Part shown: positions 1-11,071 of the stretch, piece after piece
Layout of the letters: each line of letters opens with the position of its first letter
How positions within the stretch are numbered: position 1 is the stretch's first letter
From: Chlorokybus atmophyticus
Lineage: Eukaryota > Plantae > Mesostigma and Chlorokybus algae
Length of the DNA stretch: 64,000 nt
Assembly (NCBI GenBank): GCA_009103225.1
Contig: RHPI01003244.1
Location: forward strand, 1-64,000
Direction of reading: 5' to 3'
Translations under genes and position numbers: made by a program
The notes under the pieces: model-generated
Told to the model about the DNA's origin: nothing
Databases searched by the model: none
Seen by the model: the letters and a program-made list of their open reading frames with translations, nothing else

Positions 1-944
1 TCTCCACCCTCTTTTCTATCCCTTGTGTTAATGTTAGCAAAATTCCGGCCGACCCGTCTCGCCGTGTTCTCAAGCTCCGTGAACTGCTGCTGAGTCCACT
101 CTACATCAGTCTTTTGCAACCGCATAATATCTGGTTGCTTTTGGAGCTTAGAATCCAAGGCTCGAATGAATAGGTCGGCCTTCTCAATCAGGCTTGGTGG
201 CTTTCCCCCATTTGCAGCCTGAGCCGCTAACAGGTTGAATTGGCTCACAAATTCCGTGATCAACTTGCCCGATTGTTTCAAGTCGGATAGCTTATCCCTG
301 GCATTAAGCCCCGGGTCCACTGTCCTATATTGGCTAAACAAAAACTCCTTTAGGGATTCAAAGGTGGGTTCAACCAAATAAGACCTATGGTCCTTCCACA
401 ACTGAAGTGGTTCTGGACCTAAATATCCCGCGGCAAAACCCAACCTTTGCCTTTCCGGAACCGTAGCCAAAGTCACTTCGACTTGATTCCAGCAAGCGTC
501 TATATATCCTCCCCTTTTTTGCCCCTCCATGCTGGGGGAATTTTTTGGAAAATTGGTACTTGGTCCTACTTGGACCGAGTCTATTTTGTCCTCGAGTTCT
601 TTCATTTTTTGCTCCCCAAGGACACGGAGGCGCGTGATCACCTCCTCATTCTTCTCGAGGTTTTTCACAAGCCTCAAGATGCCTTGCTTGGCCTTTTTGC
701 CCTCTGTGCAACAAGCCAAGGCTATTTTCTTATATTTTGGCGACAACTTGGCGATCCTCCGATCCATCTTTTTCCCTAGTTGGGGAATTGGTGGATTCGA
801 AGCTTCCGCCTGTTCCGCCATTGCCGCGACTAGCTTTTTTTCTTCGAAATAGGCTTCTATTTCGCGGTAATCCTCTTCACTGGCGCTACTATTGAAAGTC
901 TCACGCCACTTGTGATAATTTCCAATCCGGCGTTGTTTCGGCAT
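1..944 (-). CDS. gag: Gag of an LTR retrotransposon, running off the left edge of the window
   Basis: Hand translation from ATG at 944 is open to position 1: MPKQRRIG...WNQVEVTLATVPERQRLGFAAGYLGPEPLQLWKDH...LKEFLFSQYRTVDPGLNARDKLSDLKQSGKLITEFVSQFNLL, a Retrotrans_gag-like pattern. It is absent from the ORF track because there is no stop in the window. Confidence 0.8.
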   Translation of the reverse strand, partial: MPKQRRIGNYHKWRETFNSSASEEDYREIEAYFEEKKLVAAMAEQAEASNPPIPQLGKKMDRRIAKLSPKYKKIALACCTEGKKAKQGILRLVKNLEKNEEVITRLRVLGEQKMKELEDKIDSVQVGPSTNFPKNSPSMEGQKRGGYIDACWNQVEVTLATVPERQRLGFAAGYLGPEPLQLWKDHRSYLVEPTFESLKEFLFSQYRTVDPGLNARDKLSDLKQSGKLITEFVSQFNLLAAQAANGGKPPSLIEKADLFIRALDSKLQKQPDIMRLQKTDVEWTQQQFTELENTARRVGRNFANINTRDRKEGG

Positions 945-1073
945 GCATTTCGGAAGCGCGAATTTCCGAATCAAAGTGGCCCCAAACCACGGCCTGAGTG
1001 GTTCAAAATCGAATGTCCAAGCTCCGAGGCCAGCTGTTACGGCGCGCGGAGGAGCAAATCACACCAAAAACTA

Positions 1074-2689
1074 TGTACAGTGATCACACACTTTTACATG
1101 TAGTGACTGTACACTCCCTTTATCACCTTTCGTTGAATGAACAACTACTTGGTAACTTAAGGGTTATGGTCACCTAGCTTAGGTACCCCTACCTTAGTCC
1201 CAAAAGCCCAGAGCTCAAGTCGCGCGGCGGCTACCCTCCACCTGCGACTGGCTCTTTTGTTTGTTTTGGCGATCTCTATCGCCGTGAGCTTTACTAGGAA
1301 CTATCTTGGCTAAGACCTTCTTGGTCCAAAGCCTTCTACGAGATCCCCATTCACTCACCCAAGTGATTAGTTTAGTTCACCCGGCATTAGTTCACTGGCA
1401 TTCTGCAAAGTGACCAACAATGTGAATCCGCGATTTTTGTGCCTGCGGCCATGGTAGACGGCGCTGCCATAGCGCTGCGTATTGGCACACGCGGGAGGGG
1501 GCCAATGCCTTAGCCGGTTTTCTATCGCGACGTCGCGTCGCGATAGGATTTAATAGTTGATTCACTAGTGAATCTACTATTAAATCACTTCGCGATCAAT
1601 TTTAGTTCACTACCTCATCGGCATTGTAAATCACTCTACTAGTGAACTAACTTAGTTCACCAGTGATTCACTTTTGGCTCTCACTTCTATTAGTCCCCTC
1701 ATATTAGGGTGATTCACTTAGTTCACTTACGAACCCCTAGTGAACTACTTTAGTTCATGTTCGTAACTGAACCAGTGAACTAATTTGGTTCACTTACGAA
1801 CCCCTAATGAACTACTTTGGTTCATGTTCGTAACTGAACCAGTGAACTAATTTAGTTCACTATGTTGATTCACTTCGCAGGTGAATCAACCCCTTCGCGA
1901 ACTCATTTCGCGAAGTCCTTTTTGTTCACCCTAGGTAGGCTACTTCGCTCTAGTCAACTGATCCAAATAAGCCGCCTTGGATTGGCCTAAATAAACCTTA
2001 TAATTACACATGCTTTTTCCTATGATGTTTCATGCGATTGACCCCATAAGCCCACATCGCGTTAATAAATCATTATATTAAAGCCATGTGCTTTTATCTT
2101 CCTACTCAAGGCGCCCATACATACATGAATAGGGTAATTCCTAGTCAACCACTTCTAATTAGATGCATATAAATGCTCTAACTAGCCAGGCCCATAATTG
2201 GCAATGCATTGCACTCGTGTTAAAGCTCAAACACAAACACACGCATTTAAAGCTTGTATAACAAACCAAGATAATCCAACCAAGGTTTATTAAACTTTTG
2301 TCTCTCGCTAATTAAACTTATATATACACTGTACATGACCAGCTATAGTAGCTAGGCCGTAACACTACCAAGCCTTTATACCACTTCCCGCTCTCCCGAC
2401 CTGGCGCACATGTTGTCCAAGCCTTGTCACTGTGTGCTGACCTGTCCGCACAAGCTGATCTTGTCCAACACAAGATGTCAACCTCGGGATTATGAAACTT
2501 CCTTGGTTTTCTACAGGAGGAACAATCCCACCTTGAGATTTGAAACATAGGCTCTCCAAATACAAGAGTACTTTCAGATTGCCCATAGGCATTACTTAGC
2601 CTTGCGCATGTTACCACAGTGGCAAATCGCACTGCACCAGTATGATCTTGTGGTTTGCCAACCTCGCTTTTTTTTTTGGAGCTGTCACA
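1074..2689 (-). mobile_element. Possible long 5' LTR of the gag-bearing element
   Basis: The minus strand starts TGTGACAGCTC at 2689 and has TATA-like (TATATATAAG) and AATAAA motifs near 2330-2290. It ends ...TGTACA at 1074, followed by TAGTTTTTGGTG (CA-n-TTTTTGG, as at Athila-type LTR/PBS junctions). The second LTR is not in the window, so boundaries are unverified. Confidence 0.3.
1718..1860. repeat. Two ~67-bp tandem copies with internal inverted repeats, inside a ~600-bp AGTTCAC/GTGAACT-rich region
   Basis: tt(a/g)gttcacttacgaacccct...gttcatgttcgtaactgaaccagtgaactaat at 1718 and again at 1786. Confidence 0.85.
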
Positions 2690-4390
2690 GCTTTTGGCAC
2701 CTCATAGGTTTGGGCCAAAGGTCTCAGGCATCAACCACCTCCATGCTAGCCCTCATCAATGCCTTGTAGTTGAGCCAAGGCCATATAGGGTGACGAGTAG
2801 ACCTACATGAGAGCACACCTCACAAGCACTACACATGCTCATGCGTTGGAAAATGTCACTGAGTCTTTTTTTATTAAATAAGTAGGGGACAAAAATAGAC
2901 TTTTGTCAGCCTTATATGCGTGACAATAGCCGCCGCGATTTAGTAGAGCAGCCTCACCCATACACACAATATTAATCAGGTCGTTAAAACAACGGCATGA
3001 TTACACAGAGTCATCTCGTCTAAAAGCTACGCTCGTTGTCTACATGATCGATTATAGGAGGAGTCTCCAAAACAAAACTTGGCTCGATTTTGATGTAAGA
3101 GAATGTGGGCCTAAGTTCAAAGATAACGTCAACGTTGCGAAAAGTATGTTATGATGTGGTGTGATGTTGCGATATGCCAATAAAATTGATATATTATAAC
3201 GAACTGCTGCTAGGTAACATTGTTCAATGTTGTAAACATTACGCCTTTTGCGGCTGCAAACATACCCACTTTAGTAGTGACTTATTACGGCAGTGCACTG
3301 CCACGTGCGCATGCATTTGTGAGTGCGGGTGGTTGAGGGAAGTTCAGGTTGGTTGGATTGTGCAAAGAGATGCGGTTTCATCTCTTTGCAAATTGTTGTA
3401 ATTATTTGCTTTTCAGGCTACTACGTTAATATTGTGAACAATATATAAATAGCAGCAAATTGTGCTACTTGGACCATAATGCGTGTGTTGTTCTCAGCGA
3501 CTGCGAATGTGACCAACCATGGCCATAGCTTGGCGTCCGTGTCAATGTCATAAATGTTATTTGTCATGCAGTCACATGCACACATGCATAATATGCATGC
3601 CGCCACTTATCCTCATTGCGTGCATGCAATTCATGTAAAGCACATATATAAATAATGCCCTTTTTATAAAACACGCTTATTTAAGCATTCGGACACCCAT
3701 CACTATTATCAATATCATTATCATTATTACTATATCATTATATATATCGTTGTGATTGAGTGTTAACATTGTAGTCTTTTACGGGGTCTCTTTGCACAAA
3801 TAAGCTAGTGTGTTGAGTTTGCAAATCCGTCATGAAATTGTAACCCAAAAAAGATCTTTTTTTGTGGGGTCTGTTACTTCTGCGAAAAATACGTAAATGA
3901 TGGTAAACAATCATGTTTGTTTGTAACTCGAGTTCTTTGGGTTGAAAATCTCGAGCCGTACGTAGCTTTATTATTTAATGCAATGGATGGTGCACTGTAC
4001 ACCGCGAATATCATAATTTGTAAAGACAGGTATTGCAACATGATATCTAAATTGACACTCGCGTTTAAAGATCGTTAACAGCGGGTATAGCGCTTACCGA
4101 CAATCAACGTAGGTGATTCTTTCACTCCTAAAAAATACATCAGATGGTAAACATCTATTCCCATTTGCATATTAGTTCTTTTGCTCAAAGATCTCGAGAT
4201 GTTTGCATAAATTGTTAAATCCAATAAAGGGGAGAGACTGTACGCCGCTAATAAATGAATCTGTGAGCATACCGTATTCCGTCGAATACAACCCCCCCTT
4301 ACAAACAAAGCTTCCGCCCATCAATGAGAGGTGTTGTATTAGAGATGTAAATCGCCCGTAAAAGGGCGGTCAGAAACAAAGCCCCCTCCC

Positions 4391-4605
4391 CCAAATTTCG
4401 GAGGGAGAGGGGGGGTTTGAAGGAATATGGTAGGTACTGCAACATGGAAAGTGAAACGGTATCCTAGTTTGGAAGTCACTAGCAGAAGGTACACTGCCAA
4501 ATTTCGGAGGGAGAGGGGGGGTATTTGAAGGAATATGGTAGGTACTGCAACATGGAAAGTAAAACGGTGTCCTAGTTTGGAGGTCACTAGCAGAAGGTAC
4601 ACTGC
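4391..4605. repeat. Two-copy ~106-bp direct tandem repeat just downstream of tRNA-Leu
   Basis: ccaaatttcggagggagaggggg...gtcactagcagaaggtacactgc at 4391 and 4497, with a few substitutions. Confidence 0.9.
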
Positions 4606-4656
4606 GTTTCGGACATTAAAGAGATTGTGGGCAGGATACTGCCCAAGCGAAAAACT

Positions 4657-4740
4657 TGCAAGGAGTGGGATTTGAACCCACGCCTACAAGAGTAGACTGC
4701 GACCTGAACGCAGCGCCTTAGACCGCTCGGCCATCCTTGC
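4657..4740 (-). tRNA. trnL-CAG: tRNA-Leu (anticodon CAG)
   Basis: Reverse complement is GCAAGGATGGCCGAGCGGTCTAAGGCGCTGCGTTCAGGTCGCAGTCTACTCTTGTAGGCGTGGGTTCAAATCCCACTCCTTGCA. It has a paired acceptor stem, a long variable arm, A and B boxes, and a downstream T5 terminator. Confidence 0.97.
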
Positions 4741-6787
4741 AGTTGACAACAACAAGTCAATGTTGTATATACTATATAATCTGTTTATATATGTAAATTA
4801 TATAGAGTGTTTGGAATTAATGTTTGTTTAATTGCGATCATCGATCCAGGGTAAATCGCCTTAACTTTGTAGTCGCCCCTAATTTCGTATCAAATAAGTC
4901 GGTTGACACAAATAAACGACAACTGTGACCGATAAGTTGTGGCTTTTTAACTGAGTATTGTGCAACTTGTAGGCTTGCATCTTACTAGCTTACAAGTTGT
5001 AAAATCCCGCCCAAGACGCTGGCGGTCGTAGCCAACCAAGCTCAGGTTGGTCTGCTGGGCGGGCGAGCGGGCTGGGCTGGGCGGGGGGACGGTGCTGCTT
5101 AGGTGTTGGTTTGCGTGTAAGCTGTGCACTGCAGCAGGCAGCAAGCTTGTGGCTGCTTGCATCAAGCTCTTCAGCGCTGAGCTGAAGAGCTTGACGCAAG
5201 CAAGCAGCTGGCTGCCTGCTGCCTGTGCTGCTGCTGTTCTCTCTGTCTCTCTCTCTCCCTTCTGATGTCTGCTGTAGCATTGTGAGCACATTCGCACATT
5301 GCACTGCAGGCATGCCGTTCATCAACAATGCTTTCATTGAAACTTATAGGTGCAGCGTTTAGGCTTGCTTCAGTATCCCTTGAACCAGAACAAAACTCTG
5401 AGCTTGAGCTTGTCATGTTAGTTCCTCTGTTTCTGTTCAAACAAGCTGGTACTTTGCTCACTTCGTTGTCATGTTTTGGCAATGTAGGCTCAATGCTTGA
5501 TGTACTGCAGCTACTGCCAAGATCCAACAGCTCTAAGTTGTGAGGTATATGGATTTCAGCTGCATGCATGCCGTGCGCTTGAATAGCAGCAGCCTGACCA
5601 ATGTGCACATGTGCAAGCAATACTCAAAAGCTTGCATGCTTGTTGGCAGCAACTGTCGAGTTGAGACTGTTGCTGACGTTCTGACCATAAGCTTGTCCAC
5701 AGGTTGCAATGGCTGTACACTGCCAGCTGGCATTGCAACATGCCATGCCTGCTGGCTGACTGCAAGAGATGATAAGCACTTGACCAAATGAGTCGCGCCC
5801 TTGCTTGCAGCTTGCAGATACACTGGTCGTTAGTCATATGTTGTAATTGGCAGGACTGTTGAATGGTTCTAGTCAGCAAATGAGAATGTGTGTTCGTTGC
5901 ATTCATTGGCAGCTATTGTACAACCCATGTAATGTTGTGTGCAGCCGGTAAAGGGTCGCTTCCATTCGCGCGAGCAGCACCACAGCAGCCGAGGTGCTTT
6001 CCTGCTTGCCTCCTATCATAGCAAGTTGCAATTGCTCGTGCGCTAGTTGTTGGTTTGATTGGCCGGTGGATTGACTGGTCAGCAGGCCTGATCGGCTCAT
6101 CGGTTGCTTCAAATCATCTAATATTTGCTGGTCTCATTGGCTAGTTGGGTCGGTAGGTATGCTGGTCCTAACCCCTATACCTTACCACTGCTAGTCCTAG
6201 CCCCAACCATGGATGCTGTTAAACACTGATTGTCTTGTTCAATGCAGCTTGCAGTATTCATCTCTTGGAGCTCCTCCTTGTTGTCATCTGCATATGAGCT
6301 GGTGAACTGCGGCGCTGGACGGCTGGTTCGTCTAAACCTATTAGGTTGTTGGTCCAGACCTACTTTGCTGATCTTTGTTATCTATCGAAACTTGCTTGTC
6401 TTGTTTGCTGATCTAGCCCTGCTGGTCTAGGTCTGCTGCTCATGATTTGCCAATCTGTTGCTGGTCTGCGCTATTTGCAACACCCCGGAGCTGGAGCTGA
6501 AGTTGGAGCTGCTGGATTAATGGCAGTAGTAGTAGTTGTTGAGTATAATGCTGTGATTGTGCACTTGGCCATGCTGCAAAAGCGTTGCGGGGTTTGTTGC
6601 AGTTGTCTGATTGCAATGATATGATAACTGAATGTATCCGCACAAGCATATTGAACATGCCTGTGTTGGCACATAACAGCAGCACTTGCTCGTGCCGGCA
6701 TTGGCACAGAATATGAAAGCCGTTGCTGGCACGGATGTCAGGTGCAAACTGTTGAACATGATATGGTCCGTTATGCCATTAAATGTG

Positions 6788-7668
6788 TGATACACTAGTA
6801 TGCAACATCGTCACACCAAGCTACGTACTGTCATCCCTGCCTATCACTGCACAAGCATACTCGCACGCATGCCAGCGGCATGCAAGCACGCCTACACAAC
6901 TACACTGCCGGAGCCGCCAGCACAGCGTCCGCTTCCGCCGTTGGCGCCGCCGTATGGACCGGATCCCAGCCTGGTACCGCCGCTATGACTGCCGCCCCCC
7001 GTTCCAGGATGGTGATGCCCTGGGCACGCTGCAACGCGCATGACATGCGCTGCCGGTACAGAGCTAAGTAGCCCGACAGCCTGCTCAACGGCAGGTCACG
7101 TGTAGCCAGTGCCCTCCTAGCGCATGTATCAATGACGTCGTGAAAACTCTGGCCCAGGGTGCCGTGCGTCTCGGCGGCGAGGGGATGAAATGTGTCGGCG
7201 GCGGGGTGATCATGGTATTTCCGCCGCTTCGCCTGCTCCGCCGCCTTCGCTGCGCCTCCCGGTTGCTCGCTGCATGCGGTGATCGTGACATCCAAGAGCA
7301 TGCGCGTATCTCGACCGGGTTTGGAGGCCACCAAGTCCACTCGCCTCCCCCTCGTCTCACCCGACAGTACCGGCATAAAACCGCTCTGCCCCCTACTGAC
7401 CGAAAACCCTGCGTCACGCATCACACCATATACCTCGTCGCGCAACGCGTCATGCGTTGCCGTGCGGCACCTCCCAAAGGGGCAGCGGAGTAGGTGCGCG
7501 CCCTCGGCCGTGAGCGGCCCCCCGCACAAGCAGTGCTCGACGTTGACCAACAGCGGGTGCGGTAGTCCCAGCAGCGTCCTGAGCGCGGTCCGGAAGATGT
7601 CGGCGGAAATGCGTAGTGCCGGGAAAAGTGGCAAGGCCGACAGCCACGCGCCAGTCAATAAAGGCAGC
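6788..7668 (-). mobile_element. 5'-truncated non-LTR retrotransposon of the restriction-like endonuclease class (CRE-like); ORF 6900-7658
   Basis: Protein motifs GAWLSALP, CLCG...GAHLLRC (CCHC), THDALRD, RRVDL...LLDVT, AEQAKRRKY, FHPLAAETHG and QRMSCALQR. The fragment is flanked by the 8-bp direct repeat TAAATGTG (6780-6787 and 7669-7676), a probable TSD. Confidence 0.8.
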
Positions 7669-7899
7669 TAAATGTGCCAGTGCTGGCACACAAGTTTTGC
7701 GCCATTATTGATCAATACTACTCAAGAACCATCCCAACACTGGACACAAAATCGCACGTGCCAGCTACCAGCGGTTATATTAGCAGCCATTGCTGGCACA
7801 AGCGGTTTTGTGCCAGCTTCGGGGCTTTCTGGGTCTAGCCCCGAAAGGCAGGTGCTTGTACCGGCACAACGGGTTTGTGCCAATACTGGCACGGGCTGC

Positions 7900-8330
7900 A
7901 GGCCCCATGTGAAGCCATCAATGCTAAGGACGCTGCAGAGCTTGATGCCCCCAACCCAGAGGTGGATGACTGCACCACCGGCACAGAAACCTCAGCGAAG
8001 AAGAGGAGAGGGCTGAAGGTCCACCTCCGCACCAGTGAGCAGATGCATGCAATGTTGGAAGAGCAGGATAATGAGAAGGAACAAAAGTCGGCAAGCCAAG
8101 CTGAGAGGGCACGAAGAGCCTTTTCTTCTGAGAAGCCTAACAAGGCTGAGGCAGCAAAGCATGCAGCTGCTCAGAAGGCAGCCTTACAAGCAGCTAAGGA
8201 AGGCTGCCAGTGAAGCGAAGAAGTTCCTGGAGGCACACGAGAAGGAGGAGAGGAGAGCGGCCAGGCACGACAAGCAGCAGCTCAGAAGAAAGAGCAGGTT
8301 GAGGAGATAGCGCGCAAGGAGTATAAGCAG
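7900..8330 (+). pseudogene. Relic C-terminal tail of a pogo/Fot1-like transposase
   Basis: KKRRGLKVHLRTSEQMHAMLEEQDNEKEQK plus an Ala/Lys/Glu-rich tail resembles KKRLRGIYCAHMLTSPELAAALEKERLEAEAKEQ of the transposase at 35617-36978. It is frameshifted and lacks the catalytic domain. Confidence 0.4.
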
Positions 8331-10542
8331 AGGGAGAAGACAAAAGCGGTAATACACATGTAATATCTCCCTAGTAGCAATACACATGTAGTTTCCACCA
8401 CGATACAACTTGTATCGTACAAGTCGTTCACTGTAGTGACAGGCATCATCGGCTGTTTTAAAGTTCGTCCAGTACATTCTTATCGGGCTTTTGTCACGCC
8501 GCTGCAGCTGCAACTTAGGCTCTAACTTAGGCTCCAAATTTAGGCTAACTGCATAAGATATAGGCCTAACCGTTGTCAAAAAAAAAAACAAGAACGGAAA
8601 GAGTATATGGCCGTATAAGCGTCTATAGAGCCAGAGGCTCTGAACCTCTATGCGCAGCATTTTATATTATTTTAGAATTGGCAGTGTTGACGCATTTAAA
8701 ATTGTAGCCTAGTTGGGCCACGTGTACAATCTTTCATAGCCACCGCATCGCAACTTGAGGAAGTTAATGCACAATCTGTTGTGCGCCAGTGTTCCCTCCA
8801 TGCGAAGCATAGACGTCGGTAAATGCGAACTCAAGTTCGCACACATTGCCGTCGTATGCATCGTGCTTAGCGGCAGCAAGCTTCGCCGCCTGCGCAACAC
8901 TTGCGTGACGTGGCGGCGCGTGGGCCGCCGCTGCAGGGCGTGCAGGTGCCTCCGCACAGAAGCGCCCGCGTCGTTCTCTGGCTGGGCCAGCCGTCTTTTG
9001 GCGGCCTTCCTGTCGGCCTGATGTTCAACTGCAGGCCATGCCGCTGTGTTTGGATGTTTTAAGGGGGGCGCTGCACCTGCGTTCGCAGTCCCTGGCCTAC
9101 TGCTGCCGTGCTAGCTCCGGCCTGGTGCTTCGGTCATCAGTTGCTGCACGGTGGCGGCTCCATTCGCTCGCAGCGCCGGTCTCCCGTCGGCTGCCGCAGG
9201 GTTAACACGTGACGCTGCAGCAAGGCGGTTGCTCTCTGCGCTGGCAGCCACGACCTGCTTGCTGCTGGCCTAAACCGTCGGCCTGAAGCTGCTCGACGTG
9301 CGTGCAGGACCGCACGTACACGTTGCCATTGGGCCTACAAGCGGCGCACGTAGGTGCACTGACAGCTTGCAGCTGGGCGCCGTGCTGGCGGGTGGTGTTG
9401 TCAACACTATTACCCTTTGAAACACTCCTCGCTTCTTTTCGAGGTAGGCCATCAGCTGACCCCCAACGTGTGTTGTTGCTTATGTCAAAACTCGGTCGTC
9501 TCCGGCCCTGCAACCTTTACACCATTGATTGCGCAAACATTACACTTGACAAATGGCTGATAGCTCTCGTTGCATCCAACCTCGGTTCCTATCAGTTGCT
9601 TGCCACGAGTTTCATATTCATGTGGCTTGGAATGCATGGATGGCACTGTGTTTGTTTCCATCTTCGCTGCTTGCCTCCGGCCTCACTTCCTCTCATCAGC
9701 TTGCCTCCAGCCACACCTACATGCAGCACCAATTGCCTGGTTGATGCTGTCCATGGTGGCCACCGGGCAAGCTCGGCATCATCCCTGTGCTGTTGGCATC
9801 AATAAGGGTTGTTTTCGGTGGTACGCTCCATGATGAGGGCCACACCGTGTATAGTGGTGCCGGTCGCAGCCCCTCTCGCACCACTGTAAACGAAGTTGGT
9901 CTTTTTAAACACGCATGTAGGGGCGCCCTTGTGCATAATGGGCAGTGGCCGAGCCCCTCCTCACTCTCTGTGTCTGTCTGTCTTGTCGCATTGATGTTGC
10001 TGGCCTTCATTAATGCAAGTGAACATGTGTATACTAGCCGGTGACACTTTCATTCACTGTCGTTATGCCTTGAGCTTGTGCTCATTTCTTCTGCCGCTTG
10101 TTTGCAGCTTGGCACAGTGTCACCCGATTGCTACACTCTGGCAAGCTATTAGCAATGATGGTGTGCACAACAATGAGCAAACCTCGCTCCCCCTCTTGTC
10201 TTATAGCCTTTTATTATTATTGGTTAAGATGTTGCTTCAGCATTGCTTGACGTCGTGCTGGCAACTTTACGCATTACATGCCCCTCCTGCACGGCAATGT
10301 GCGCAAGCAATACACAACGTATAGCAAACTATGTCGCAGGCAATCGTTGCGGCAGCGATTGCAGCACAGTGTCATAGGTTGACTACTTGGCATATTGTTG
10401 CCACTTTATTTTTGTGCACGCACAAAAACTTGCAGCAGAGATGGTGATGTGCAACGGTCAGCATCCTCTCTCCCCTTCCTTGTGCACTGCTTGGCACTGC
10501 CGTTGACAGCACACTTGCCACATTGCGCATTTATGCCTTCGT

Positions 10543-11071
10543 TGTAACGGGAAGGTACATAACATTACCACATATCGACCATAAAAGCACCAAGTCTCTT
10601 GTGGTCGAGTGGGTTGTGACATTGGTCATCGGAGCTTGAGACCCGGGTTCGATTCCTGCCTTGCACACGAATTCCGCGGTTGTTGTTTCTCGATCCAATA
10701 ACATCGTAAATGGTCACATTATGAGTGCCACCATCGATGGGTCGCGACTTGCATAATGGCAGTCGCGCCGAACTGACCAGTTCAGTCGGCGCGGCAGGGC
10801 GCGACCTGCCTATCGCGGCGACGCGACCTGTAGGGCCGGCAGCGGCGCGCTATGCGCGCGCTGACCGGTATGGGCCTAAATTAGCCGGTCCTTGGCTGTG
10901 GGGCCGGTGACCGACCCTAACAAACCCCTCGGGTAATTCCCCAGCTGACCGGGCAGCTGCCGAGGACGTCAGCGTTCTTAAGTGGGGGGGAATGTAACGG
11001 GAAGGTACATTAAATCACCACATATCGACCATAAAAGCACCAAGTCTTTTGTGGTCGAGTGGGCTGTGACA
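10543..11071 (+). mobile_element. TRIM family A (non-autonomous miniature LTR element, 529 bp)
   Basis: 79-bp LTRs at 10543-10621 and 10993-11071 (TGTAAC...GTGACA). PBS TTGGTCATCGGAGC at 10622, PPT AGTGGGGGGGAA before the 3' LTR, and a perfect 5-bp TSD TTCGT (10538-10542 and 11072-11076). Confidence 0.93.

Noticed and set aside
2218-2689. Solo LTR with 9/11 terminal inverted match (TGTTAAAGCTC / TGTGACAGCTC)
   Set aside because: The flanks (ACTCG vs GCTTT) are not a TSD and no PBS follows. Kept only as part of a low-confidence LTR-like region.
4947-6430. Overlapping short ORFs on both strands
   Set aside because: Low-complexity (GCT/GCA-rich) sequence with no recognisable motif or splice pattern.
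8700-10010. GC-rich minus-strand ORF fragments with Cys motifs
   Set aside because: No consistent frame, exon structure or recognisable domain. It may be a decayed gene or element.
10595-10670. tRNA gene inside TRIM-A
   Set aside because: A and B boxes are present, but the acceptor stem (TCTCTTG vs CTTGCAC) does not pair and the anticodon region is the PBS. Treated as a tRNA-like promoter only.
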